Shown one piece after another: positions 9,778 to 18,810 of a stretch of 64,000 bases of DNA. The notes below the pieces were generated by a model. That model searched no databases. It saw only the letters and a program-made list of their open reading frames with translations, and was not told the origin of the DNA. Source of the stretch: an uncultured Acidobacteriota bacterium (GTDB lineage Bacteria; Acidobacteriota; Thermoanaerobaculia; UBA5066; Gp7-AA6); assembly GCA_963764715.1 (NCBI GenBank), contig CAVXTP010000012.1, positions 96,747 through 160,746 of the forward strand, read 5' to 3'. A program made the position numbers and the translations under genes. Each line of letters begins with the position of its first letter. The stretch's first letter is position 1.

Positions 9778-9848
9778 GGGAAGACGCCGGCACGCGACGC
9801 CAAGAAGTTCCCGAGGATGCGGCCTCGCCGCGAGGCTATGCTGGCGGC

Positions 9849-11156
9849 GTGAGATCGCCTTCGCGGAGGACGCGCGGCGCGGCGTGGAGTCTCGCGGCGG
9901 CGCTATCCGTCCTCGCGCTCGCCGCGGCCTCGTCCCGCGTCGCCCCGGCCGCGGAACCGCCGGGCAGCTTCGCGATCGTCCATGCCTCCGTCGTTCCGAT
10001 GGACGCCGAGCGGGTGCTCCGCGACCAGGTCGTCCTGGTCTCCGGCGACCGCATCGCGGCCGTCGGGCCGGCGGAAGAGGTCGCGATCCCGCCCCGCGCC
10101 GGCATCGTCGACGCGCAGGGCGCCTACGTTCTCCCCGGCCTCGTCGACATGCACGTCCACATCCGCCGGGCCGAGCTCGCGGCCTACGTCGAGAACGGGG
10201 TGACGTCGGTCCGGAACATGTGGGGATACGCGAGCCTGCCGCCCGTGATCGCCGACGTTGCGGCCGGCCGCCGCCTCGGCCCGACGATCTACTCCGCCAG
10301 CCCGGGCCTCGACGGGACCCACGCGGTCTGGCCCGAGACCCGGATCGTCGACGACCCCGCCGCCGCCGAGGCCGCCGTCGCGGACCAGGTCGCGGCCGGC
10401 TGGCGTTTCATCAAGGTCTACAACAGTCTCTCCCTCGCGTCCTACGACGCGATCGTCGCGGCGGCGGGAAGCCGCGGAATCCGGGTCGTCGGCCACGTCC
10501 CGAATTCCGTGCCGATCGAGCACGCTCTCGACTCGGGGCAGGCCTCGATCGAGCACCTCCGGGGCTACGACCTCGTCCTCACGCGCTCGGGGCAGGCGAA
10601 TGCGGCCGCGTGGGCGGACATCGACCCCGCGCGGATTCCGGACCTCTCCGCGCGAACGGCCGCGGCGGGAACCTGGAACTGTCCGACGCTCGCAATCTAC
10701 GAGATCTTCTCGCGGAGCCTGCCGGGCGGAGCCCGCGAGCGCGCCGTCGCGAACCGCGGCGCCGTCGTCCGGGCGCTCCGCGACGCCGGAGCTCCCCTGC
10801 TCGCCGGAACGGACGCCGGGATCGATCAGACCGAAGCCGGGACTTCGATCCACGACGAGCTCGCGCAGCTCGTCGCCGCCGGGTTGACCCCGTACGAGGC
10901 CATTCGCGCCGCGACCTCCGGCGCCGCCGAGTTCCTCCGGGAGCAGGCCGAGATCGGCCGCATCGCGCCCGGCCTCCGGGCCGACCTACTGGTCGTCGAC
11001 GGGAACCCGCTCGAGGACGTCGGCGCGCTGCGCGCGATCGGGGCCGTCGTGCTGCGCGGCGCCTGGCGCTCGGTCGGGGGCGGCCGCTCCCCGGTGATCC
11101 CGGCGGCGCCGCGCGACGGACGCGGTCCCCGCCCGCAGCCCCGCCCGCCGGCGTAG
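9849..11156 (+). CDS. Secreted amidohydrolase-family protein
   Basis: PGLVDMHVH, IKVY, GH, EH, AGTD metal ligands and G.RADLLVVDGNP; start uncertain. Confidence 0.88.
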   Translation: MRSPSRRTRGAAWSLAAALSVLALAAASSRVAPAAEPPGSFAIVHASVVPMDAERVLRDQVVLVSGDRIAAVGPAEEVAIPPRAGIVDAQGAYVLPGLVDMHVHIRRAELAAYVENGVTSVRNMWGYASLPPVIADVAAGRRLGPTIYSASPGLDGTHAVWPETRIVDDPAAAEAAVADQVAAGWRFIKVYNSLSLASYDAIVAAAGSRGIRVVGHVPNSVPIEHALDSGQASIEHLRGYDLVLTRSGQANAAAWADIDPARIPDLSARTAAAGTWNCPTLAIYEIFSRSLPGGARERAVANRGAVVRALRDAGAPLLAGTDAGIDQTEAGTSIHDELAQLVAAGLTPYEAIRAATSGAAEFLREQAEIGRIAPGLRADLLVVDGNPLEDVGALRAIGAVVLRGAWRSVGGGRSPVIPAAPRDGRGPRPQPRPPA

Positions 11157-11168
11157 CCCGGGCCCGGC

Positions 11169-11594
11169 TCAGCTGCGCCTTCTCGTTCCCCGCAGCTCCG
11201 GCTTGATGTCGACGACCGGCGTGCCGTCGATCGCCTCGATCGGACCGACGCGCAGGCGGTTGCCTTCGATCGCCCGCACCGTCACGGGATGGAGGCCCAG
11301 TGGATTCGGGCGGTCCGGGGAACGCGTGGCGAAGACGCCCGTGAGCGGATTCCGCGGGTCGGACCGCGGCCGGACGCGGAGGACATCCCGGCGGGCCCGA
11401 TGAAGCCACGTGACGACGAGGATCCGGTCGCCCGGGGCGAGGCCCCGGAGGCCTCTCGCGGCCCACGGCCGGATCTCGAGCCAGGCGTCGGGCGCTCCCT
11501 CCGAGCCCTGCATCGGCGCCTCGCCGCGCTTCTTCAGGACGGACCGGATCGTGCCGACCGTCCGCAGCTGCGCCGCCGGAGCTGCCCGGCTCAT
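11169..11594 (-). CDS. tsaA: TsaA/TrmO-like SAM-binding tRNA methyltransferase domain protein
   Basis: GVFATRSPDRPNPLG and DGTPVVDIKP motifs. Confidence 0.82.
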   Translation of the reverse strand: MSRAAPAAQLRTVGTIRSVLKKRGEAPMQGSEGAPDAWLEIRPWAARGLRGLAPGDRILVVTWLHRARRDVLRVRPRSDPRNPLTGVFATRSPDRPNPLGLHPVTVRAIEGNRLRVGPIEAIDGTPVVDIKPELRGTRRRS

Positions 11595-11758
11595 CGGCCA
11601 AGCATCACCCTCGCCGTGCTTCCTCATGGGCATGACAGGCGAAACCTAGCAAATCGGACGAAGAGATCGTCGCCGTCGGGAGGCTCGCGGCCGAGCGGCT
11701 GCGCTCCCAGGCCCGTTCGGGAAGGTTCCCGGCTCCAGACCTGTTATTCCCGGCCGAG

Positions 11759-12418
11759 ATGAAACGCCAGACAACCTTCTTCCTTGCCCTGTTCTCCTGC
11801 GCGCTCGCGGCGCAGGCCGGCCAGGACTCGAAGCCGGCCCGGCCGTCCGACTGGGCGACCCCCGTCAGTGGCACCAGCGTCGGAAACCTGTATCTAATCG
11901 AGGACGGCTTCTACCGTGGCGCCCAGCCGAGCGCCGCCGGCTTCCAGGAGCTCGCCACTCTGGGGGTGCGGAGCGTTCTCGACCTGGCCGGAGGCGCCGG
12001 AGACGGGCAGGTTGTCCGCGACGGTTCCGTGAAGCTGTTTCACGTTCCCATGAGCGCCTGGGGCCTCCACGACGATCTCGTTCTCCAGGCGCTGCGGATC
12101 ATGATCGACCCGCAGAACCGGCCCCTGATGATCCACTGCCAGCACGGCGCCGATCGGACCGGAGCGCTGGTGGCGTTGTACCGCGTCGTCGCCCAGGGCT
12201 GGAGCAAGGAACAGGCGGTCCGCGAGATGAGCCGGGGCGGCTACCACCACAACGCCCTCTGGAGGAACCTCGACCGGTACGTCCTCAAGGCGGACGTCGC
12301 GGCGTTGCGCCGGGAGCTCGGGCTGCCGGCCGCCCCCGTGCCGGCGTCCGTCGAGCCCAGGACGGACCTTCCCGTGCTCGCCGTGATCCCGGGCGTCGCG
12401 ACCGGGTCCCCGCAGTAG
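11759..12418 (+). CDS. Secreted dual-specificity/tyrosine phosphatase-family protein
   Basis: YRGAQP and IHCQHGADRTG (CX5R) motifs; signal peptide. Confidence 0.88.
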   Translation: MKRQTTFFLALFSCALAAQAGQDSKPARPSDWATPVSGTSVGNLYLIEDGFYRGAQPSAAGFQELATLGVRSVLDLAGGAGDGQVVRDGSVKLFHVPMSAWGLHDDLVLQALRIMIDPQNRPLMIHCQHGADRTGALVALYRVVAQGWSKEQAVREMSRGGYHHNALWRNLDRYVLKADVAALRRELGLPAAPVPASVEPRTDLPVLAVIPGVATGSPQ

Positions 12419-12546
12419 TCCGGGTCCCGGGTTCGTCAGGGAACCCGCCGCCTCAGGCTCCGCCCCGTAAGCGACTCATGAAGTCCCGGACGACTTGCGC
12501 GATTTGATCCACCGCCGTGTCGACGGACTCGGGGAGCGTCGTCTCG

Positions 12547-13236
12547 TCACAACGGCAGTTCACCTCCGGACTGCTCCGCCGCCATGTACGCCGCGTACCA
12601 GTCGGCCCAGTTTGCGTCGCGCTGCCCGGTGCGCTTCTCGTGCTCGCCGTGCGCGGCCTCCGCGCGCCGCATCGCGCTCGCGAGATCCGGCACGGAAGCG
12701 AACGTCGTGGCGTTCGAGTCGATCCGGCCCGGGAGACGCGTAGTGATCTCCTGCAGCAGCCAGCCGTTGCCGTCGGGATCGCTGAACGAGGCGAACGAGC
12801 GATAGCTGCGGTGCTCGGGGTCCGGACCGCTGACCCGGACCCGCCCGAACAGGTAGGCCTCGTCCGAGCCCGTGAACCTGTCGCCCGCACCGTGGAACAC
12901 CTCGCTGACGTCGACGCCGCGGTGGACCAGCTCGGCCCGGGCGGCCTCGATGTCGGAGACAATCAGGTACAGACCCTGGGCGGAGCCGGGTGCCGCCCCG
13001 GTCACGTTCTTTCCGAAGATGACCGAGCACCCGGAGCCCGGCGGCGTGAACTGCATCGCGCGGTAGTCGTCGCCGGAGGCGAACTCGGCGTCGAGCCGCC
13101 ACCCGAGCCTCCCGTAGAACTCTTTCGCGCGGTCGACATTGGAGACGGGGATGACGACGATCTCGAGCTTGGTGTCGATCTTTGCTGCACGCGGGTCGGT
13201 GGTCGCTTCATCACGGACGGTTGCGGTGGTACTCAC
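12547..13236 (-). CDS. VOC/glyoxalase-family protein
   Basis: KLEIVVIPVSNVDRAKEFY and FSDPDGNGWLLQE. Confidence 0.9.
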   Translation of the reverse strand: MSTTATVRDEATTDPRAAKIDTKLEIVVIPVSNVDRAKEFYGRLGWRLDAEFASGDDYRAMQFTPPGSGCSVIFGKNVTGAAPGSAQGLYLIVSDIEAARAELVHRGVDVSEVFHGAGDRFTGSDEAYLFGRVRVSGPDPEHRSYRSFASFSDPDGNGWLLQEITTRLPGRIDSNATTFASVPDLASAMRRAEAAHGEHEKRTGQRDANWADWYAAYMAAEQSGGELPL

Positions 13237-13431
13237 GCCTGCCTCCTGGTTTTGTTGCCCGGTCCAAGGGCATTTCCAGACCGTTGTTTATCACGCGAAC
13301 AGGGTCGAGATCCCTCTGCAGGTCGCGTCGGAACCCGACGCCGGGTCAAATGGCGAGCATATGAAGACGAAGCTGCAGGATGGGGTCCAGGACGCTCGTG
13401 CACGGGAGGGCCCCGAGGGCGGAAATCTCGT

Positions 13432-13466
13432 TGGAACGAGAAGCAGGATCGAACCCGCGACGTCCA
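13432..13466 (-). mobile_element. Degenerate tRNA-Gly 3' half (att-like scar)
   Basis: Minus strand GTCGCGGGTTCGATCCTGCTTCTCGTTCCA versus tRNA end GTCGCGGGTTCGATCCCCGTTTCCCGCTCCA, same orientation. Confidence 0.7.
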
Positions 13467-13486
13467 GCCCAGGGCGACCCGGCCTC

Positions 13487-13517
13487 AAAAGAAAAGCGCC
13501 CGATTTCTCAGGCGCTT
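13487..13517 (-). terminator. Rho-independent terminator
   Basis: AAGCGCC/GGCGCTT stem followed on the minus strand by a T-rich tract, downstream of the 13575-15050 gene. Confidence 0.6.
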
Positions 13518-13574
13518 GCGACGGTTGCCGGCGCTGCCGGAGCCGGCCTTCCGCGACGATTTACCCGGCGCTGC

Positions 13575-15050
13575 TCAGTGAACGTTGACCGTGATCGGCG
13601 AGGAAGGAATTCCGTTGGTGACGACGACCAGATCTCCCAACCCGGTCTCCATTCCGATCGGCACGTCGTACTGGGTCGAGGCGATCCCCGTGTAGGCGAC
13701 CGCCATCGTGCTGTGATCGTGCGTGCGCGCGTAGAACACGTGTCCCGTCGCGCGGTTCGTGATCCGCACCAGCGGATAGTTGGTTGCGGCCTGAGCGTCG
13801 TCCCCGTAGGCGGCGCCCTGGGAGAAGCCATTGAGCTTTCGTCCGCTGAGCGGATACGTGGATCCCCGGTTGACGTCCGTCACGCCCGGGCCGCCGACGA
13901 TCGTCGGCGCCCACGCGGGATTGGGCGCGCCGCTGGAAGCGTAGACCCAGGCGTTACCGCTGATGTCCGTCCAGAGGATCTCGCCCGTGGGAAGGACGAG
14001 CATGTTTCCCAGGTACGAGGGCTCGCCGTGGGCGGGCGGCGGAGCGGGGACCTTGAGCAGGGTCAGTCCGTTCCATTCGAAGAACTTGGAGCCCGGCCTG
14101 AAAATGCGCGGGCTGACCTGCACCAGGACGTTGCCGTTCGGAAGCAGAGCCGCCGGACCGTCGGCGCTGTCCCGGTTGGACGGGAAGTCCGGGCCCGGCG
14201 TCCACGTGCCGGTGTGGGTATCGAAGATCGACGTGTGGCCGGAACCGCTCGGCGCACCGTTTGCGCCCGTCGCGAATACCGTTCCGTCCGGCCGCAACAC
14301 CGCGGGCCCGAGCTCGTACGATGCATGGTTGGCGTCGGGAAACGAGTCCCAGAGCTGGACGATCGTGCTGCCCGCGCTGGTCCAGGCTCCCGTCGCGGGA
14401 TCGTAGACCTCCGAGTTCGTTCCGTCGGCGTCGTACGAGAAGACGTAGGCATCGACGGTCAGCACCTTGCCGCTCGGAAGCAGAGTCCACCCCTCTTCGT
14501 CGTTGACGGTGAGCTTCCCCGCTCCGGTCGCCGTCCAGCTCAAACTCGTCGCGTCGAGCAGGGCCGTCTCCGTGGTGCAGCAGTTGGCCAGCATGTACGT
14601 ACCATTGGCGAGGACGGTCCCCTGGGCATCGCCGATGGTCGACCAGCCCGCGGGAGGATCGACCGGGGCCCAGGAGTCCGCTAGCGGATCGTAGATCGCC
14701 CCGAGGTTGCTCCAGACCGGGGTGCAAAAGTTGTATTCGCCGCCCTCGACGATCACGCGCCCGTCCGCGAGCACGGCCGAACTGAAATAGAGAGGGCCGT
14801 ATCCCTCGGGCAGGGGCGCGATCTCACTCCAGGTGCCGTTGACGTAACTGCCGCTCGCGTCGGGAGTGAGACGCCACCAATCGCGGGCGCAGCCGTCGTG
14901 CGCGATGACGGTGCCGTCCGTGAGCAGCAGGGGGTTGCTCGCTGCGAATGTTGGCTGGCTGGCCAGCGGCGTCCACGTCTGCGCGCCGGCGAGGCCCGAC
15001 TTCAGCAGAAACACCGATACGACGAGACCGACGATTCGTAGAGTTCGCAT
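13575..15050 (-). CDS. Secreted kelch-like beta-propeller protein with a C-terminal Ig-like domain
   Basis: Signal peptide; repeated (V/L)L.DG.V...G and IYDP..xxWT blades. Confidence 0.75.
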   Translation of the reverse strand: MRTLRIVGLVVSVFLLKSGLAGAQTWTPLASQPTFAASNPLLLTDGTVIAHDGCARDWWRLTPDASGSYVNGTWSEIAPLPEGYGPLYFSSAVLADGRVIVEGGEYNFCTPVWSNLGAIYDPLADSWAPVDPPAGWSTIGDAQGTVLANGTYMLANCCTTETALLDATSLSWTATGAGKLTVNDEEGWTLLPSGKVLTVDAYVFSYDADGTNSEVYDPATGAWTSAGSTIVQLWDSFPDANHASYELGPAVLRPDGTVFATGANGAPSGSGHTSIFDTHTGTWTPGPDFPSNRDSADGPAALLPNGNVLVQVSPRIFRPGSKFFEWNGLTLLKVPAPPPAHGEPSYLGNMLVLPTGEILWTDISGNAWVYASSGAPNPAWAPTIVGGPGVTDVNRGSTYPLSGRKLNGFSQGAAYGDDAQAATNYPLVRITNRATGHVFYARTHDHSTMAVAYTGIASTQYDVPIGMETGLGDLVVVTNGIPSSPITVNVH

Positions 15051-15276
15051 CTGACTCCTCCATGGATTTGCGCCATCTGCTCAGTGATCGGCCAGCCGGA
15101 ATGTACTCCGCAAAGCCATCGGGTCAAACTCGAATCGTAGGCTCCGGCAAGATGCTCTCCGAGCGGCCAAGAAAAGTCCAAGACGCGAACAAGGAGATTC
15201 CGAGCTGAGGACGGCGATCGAGATCGCGCATCCGGACTTCCGCCCGGAGCGGATCACCGCGGCGAAGGAACCGGCG

Positions 15277-15561
15277 CTATATCTTCTGAGATCTCTCCGC
15301 GGGCGGAGGGAAGCTCAGCTCGACGAGCGCCTGAACCCTCTCGAAGACCGCGGCGCACGCGTCGCACTGGCGGTGAACGCTCACGCAGGGGACGCCGTCG
15401 GCCTGCGCCTCGGCGCAGCAGGGCTCCTGGCCGATCTGGATGAGGCGGTCCACGACCTCGAGCAGGCGGTGCCGGAGCGGGGAGTCTGCGATGGCGCGGA
15501 GTCCGTAGATCAGGCCTCGCTCCGGGGCGGTGAGCGGGACGGGGAGCAGGGCTTCGGTCAT
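15277..15561 (-). CDS. Small Cys-rich hypothetical protein, last gene of the oxidoreductase operon
   Basis: ATGA overlap with the upstream stop; 94 aa with EPCCAEAQADGVPC..CDAC. Confidence 0.7.
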   Translation of the reverse strand: MTEALLPVPLTAPERGLIYGLRAIADSPLRHRLLEVVDRLIQIGQEPCCAEAQADGVPCVSVHRQCDACAAVFERVQALVELSFPPPAERSQKI

Positions 15562-17000
15562 GGCAAAACTCCTTCGGGGCAGGGGACCGCGCTCGGGACG
15601 GCCTTCGCGCCCCGAGCGAAGGCCTCCTCGTTGACCGGAATGAGCGCGGCTTTCGCCGCCAGCGCCTGGCGGAGCACCGCCAGGAAGGTCTCCGCGGGGA
15701 AGAGGCGTGTCGCGGCGCACAGAGCGCCGAGCGCGACGATGTTCTTGACCACCGGCAGGCCCAGCTCCACGGCGATGGCGGTGAAGGGGACGCCGATCGC
15801 CGTCACGCCGTTGCCGAAGTCCGGCGGATCGGCCATGACCGAGCGGTCGTAGAGAATGGTGCCTCCCGGCGCGACGCTCGCTCCGAATTTCGCGAGGCTG
15901 GGCGCGTTGAATGCGATCAGGATGTGCGGATTCGGGGACGCCGGAGAGAGGACTTCCCCGTCCGCCACGTGGATGTCGGCATAGGAGGTTCCGCCGCGCG
16001 ATTCCGGTCCGTAGCTCGGGATGTGCGTGGCGTCGAAGCCCTCGTTGATGGCGGCACGCGCGATGAGCATCGCCGCGGTCTGGGCTCCGTCCCCGCCCGC
16101 GCCGGCCAGCTTCAAGGAGATGTCGTTGGCATGGAGATGGCGCGGGAAGCCTCGACCGAAGCGCTCGGTCGGGGTCGTCGTGCCTCCCAGGGCGGCGACG
16201 AGCTTCTCGGGCTCGAAGACGGGGGGAGACAGATGGAACCAGGGATCCGAAGCCGCATCCTTCTTCACCCCGAGTGGAAAAACCGGGAGCATCTGTTCCT
16301 TGACCCACTTCTCGGCCTCTTCGGGGGTCTTCTTCAGATGGGTCGGGCACTCGGCCAGGACCTCCACGAAGGCGAAGCCCTTCCCTTCGACCTGCAGCTG
16401 CACCGCCTTCTTGATGGCTTTCTTGGCCCGCACGCGCTGCTTCGCGTCGAACAACGCCACGCGCTCCACGTAGACCGGCCCGTCGAGCTGGGCGATCAGC
16501 TCGGCCATCTTCATCGGACTCCCCATCAGGCGCGTGCGGCCCTCCGGGCTCGTCGTGGTCTTCTGCCCCATCAGCGTTGTGGGAGCCAGCTGGCCGCCGG
16601 TCATTCCGTAGATCGCGTTGTTGACGAAAACCACCGAGAGCGGGATGCCCAGTTGAGCCGTGGACACGATCTCCGCGAGGCCGATGGAAGCGAGATCGCC
16701 GTCGCCCTGGTAGCTGATCACGATGGAGTTGGGGTTGGCGACCTTGTGCCCCAGAGCCACCGCCGGGGCGCGTCCGTGAGCGGCCTGCGTGTTTCCGACG
16801 TCGAAGTAGTAGTAGAGGAAGACCGCGCAGCCGACGGGTGAGACGGCAATCGTGCGGTCCTGGATACCGAGCTCCTCGATCGCCTCGGCGAGGTACTTGT
16901 GCGCCAGCCCGTGCCCGCAGCCCGGGCAGTAGTGGGTCGCGTGGCCCTTGAGCCCTTCCCCGTGGGAGTGTCGCTCGAACCTCTCGTAGAAGACGCTCAT
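15558..17000 (-). CDS. 2-oxoacid:ferredoxin oxidoreductase, fused beta-gamma subunit
   Basis: YCPGCGH, SPVGC, GDGD..NN TPP motif, then gamma domain GAGGDGAQ and SYGPESRGG. Confidence 0.92.
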   Translation of the reverse strand: MSVFYERFERHSHGEGLKGHATHYCPGCGHGLAHKYLAEAIEELGIQDRTIAVSPVGCAVFLYYYFDVGNTQAAHGRAPAVALGHKVANPNSIVISYQGDGDLASIGLAEIVSTAQLGIPLSVVFVNNAIYGMTGGQLAPTTLMGQKTTTSPEGRTRLMGSPMKMAELIAQLDGPVYVERVALFDAKQRVRAKKAIKKAVQLQVEGKGFAFVEVLAECPTHLKKTPEEAEKWVKEQMLPVFPLGVKKDAASDPWFHLSPPVFEPEKLVAALGGTTTPTERFGRGFPRHLHANDISLKLAGAGGDGAQTAAMLIARAAINEGFDATHIPSYGPESRGGTSYADIHVADGEVLSPASPNPHILIAFNAPSLAKFGASVAPGGTILYDRSVMADPPDFGNGVTAIGVPFTAIAVELGLPVVKNIVALGALCAATRLFPAETFLAVLRQALAAKAALIPVNEEAFARGAKAVPSAVPCPEGVLP

Positions 17001-18403
17001 GCGGCGGCCTTTCGCCCGTTGAGGACATGCGCGACGATCTCGCTCTGCTGCGGCAGGATTCCGCCGAATCGCCGGACGGACTCGATCGGCGGATGGTCGC
17101 GGAGGCCGGCGTGAGAGAGGGCGAGGCGCATCTCGTCCTCGAGCTGCCCGGGGGACGCCTCCACGACGACGATCCGCTCGGCGTTGTGCAGCAGCGGCTC
17201 CAGCTTCGCGATCGGGAAGGGCCAGAGAGTGATGGGCCGGAAGAGGCCCGCCTTGACGCCTTCCTGGCGCAGCGCCCGGACGGCTCCCTTGGCCATGCGG
17301 GCCGGGGTGTTGCAGGCCACGATCAGCACTTCGGCGTCCTCGAACTCGAAGAGGTCGGCGCGCTGTTCGGTTTCCATCCGCCGGTACTTCTCGTTCAGGA
17401 GCCGGTTGCGATTCTCCAGATCCGCCTCGCAAAGGTAGATCGAGTTGATGAGATTGGAGCGATGAGACGCGTCGCCGAAGACCGCCCACTCGGGGATCCC
17501 CGGCTTCACCATGTGGCGCGGGAGAACGACTTTTCCGGTCATCTGACCGAGATACCCGTCGCTCAACACGACGACCGGATTCCGGTACCGAAAGGAAAGC
17601 TCGAAGGCCAGCAGCGTCAAGTCGAGCATCTCCTGCGGCGTGGAGGGCGCCAGCACGATGCCGTGCGAGTTGCCATGGCCCAGGCCCCGGCAGGCGAGCT
17701 TTATGTCCGACTGCTCGGGGGCGATGTTTCCCAGCCCCGGACCGCCTCGCATGACGTTCACGAAAACGGCGGGGACCTCGCTGCCCACCATGTAGGAAAT
17801 CCCTTCGAGCATGAGGCTGAATCCGGGCGACGAAGTGAACGTCATGCAGGGCAGTCCCGCGCCGCCGCACCCGTACATCATGTTCACCGTCGCGACCTCG
17901 CTCACGGCCTGCAGGAAGACGCCGTCGAGCTCCGGCAGGAGCTTCGCCATCAGCTCGGCTCCCTCGGTCGAGGGCGTGATCGGGTAACCGAAGACATGCC
18001 GGCAGCCGGCCAGGAGCGCGCCGATGGCCGAGGCGTAGTTGCCTTTCACGACGAGCGGCTCGAGCGGCGGTAGCAAAAGGAGCTGGTCGGGGATCGGGAC
18101 GGGCCTCACCGCGGTGGAGCCCCGGGAGCCGAAGAGTTTCTCGGGATCCTGTAACTTGAACTCCGTGGACTCGGCGGCCGAGGGCATCTCCCGGAGTCCG
18201 TAAGGCTCGGGGCAGGCGTCGAGGCACAGCCCGCAGGCCGTGCAGTCCTCGAGGTGGAGCACGACCGGCACGAGACCGGTTTCGGGGTTGATTCCCTCCG
18301 CGAGCTCGATGCAGTGCTTCGCGCACGCCTCGATGCATCTCCCGCAGCCCTTGCAGAACTGCGGCAGGAGGAAGGGCTTCTGCTTCTCTCTGCGGTTGGA
18401 CAT
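16997..18403 (-). CDS. 2-oxoacid:ferredoxin oxidoreductase, fused ferredoxin(delta)-alpha subunit
   Basis: CKGCGRCIEAC and CTACGLCLDACP, then GYPITPS, TSSPGFSLM, RGGPGLG. Confidence 0.92.
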   Translation of the reverse strand: MSNRREKQKPFLLPQFCKGCGRCIEACAKHCIELAEGINPETGLVPVVLHLEDCTACGLCLDACPEPYGLREMPSAAESTEFKLQDPEKLFGSRGSTAVRPVPIPDQLLLLPPLEPLVVKGNYASAIGALLAGCRHVFGYPITPSTEGAELMAKLLPELDGVFLQAVSEVATVNMMYGCGGAGLPCMTFTSSPGFSLMLEGISYMVGSEVPAVFVNVMRGGPGLGNIAPEQSDIKLACRGLGHGNSHGIVLAPSTPQEMLDLTLLAFELSFRYRNPVVVLSDGYLGQMTGKVVLPRHMVKPGIPEWAVFGDASHRSNLINSIYLCEADLENRNRLLNEKYRRMETEQRADLFEFEDAEVLIVACNTPARMAKGAVRALRQEGVKAGLFRPITLWPFPIAKLEPLLHNAERIVVVEASPGQLEDEMRLALSHAGLRDHPPIESVRRFGGILPQQSEIVAHVLNGRKAAA

Positions 18404-18770
18404 TACAACTCCGCTCGACAACGAGGGGCAACGCCCCTCCTTGGGCAATGTAGCGACTCTCCCGAACGCGGCAATCGTGCAAATGCATCAGACCAGAGCG
18501 CACCGGACTCGGTTGGGAGAGGGAGTGGATCCGGAGCTCAGTCAGGCTCCATGCGTAGAGGAACCAAACGCCTGCCGTTGATTTTCGCAGCAGGCTCTCA
18601 AGCCGCTGACTGTTAATGACTTACGTGAACAAATCTACAAAACGACCTGTCCCGGTTGTTGAGGTTCTCAGCGATCTTCCCTTTCGAGCACTGGGCACGG
18701 CCCGCCCTCCATCGCCATAAGGGGCGATGAATCAGTGGTTTAAACGCATCACGGCGCTCAACACCTCGTG

Positions 18771-18785
18771 TGGCACCGTCGTTGC
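18771..18785 (+). promoter_or_regulatory. Sigma54 promoter of the GcvH-like/NrfCD operon
   Basis: Consensus TGGCAC-CGTCG-TTGC 25 bp before the ATG; IHF-like AATCAGTGGTTTA at about 18730; a sigma54 activator is in the operon. Confidence 0.85.
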
Positions 18786-18810
18786 GATTACCAGGGATCG
18801 AGCAAACACG

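Noticed and set aside
13432-13480. Second intact tRNA
   Set aside because: Only the T-arm and 3' acceptor strand are recognisable; no D-arm or anticodon arm
18478-18496. Sigma54 promoter for the oxidoreductase operon (TGGTCTGATGCATTTGC, minus strand)
   Set aside because: GG-to-GC spacing is 12 rather than the required 10
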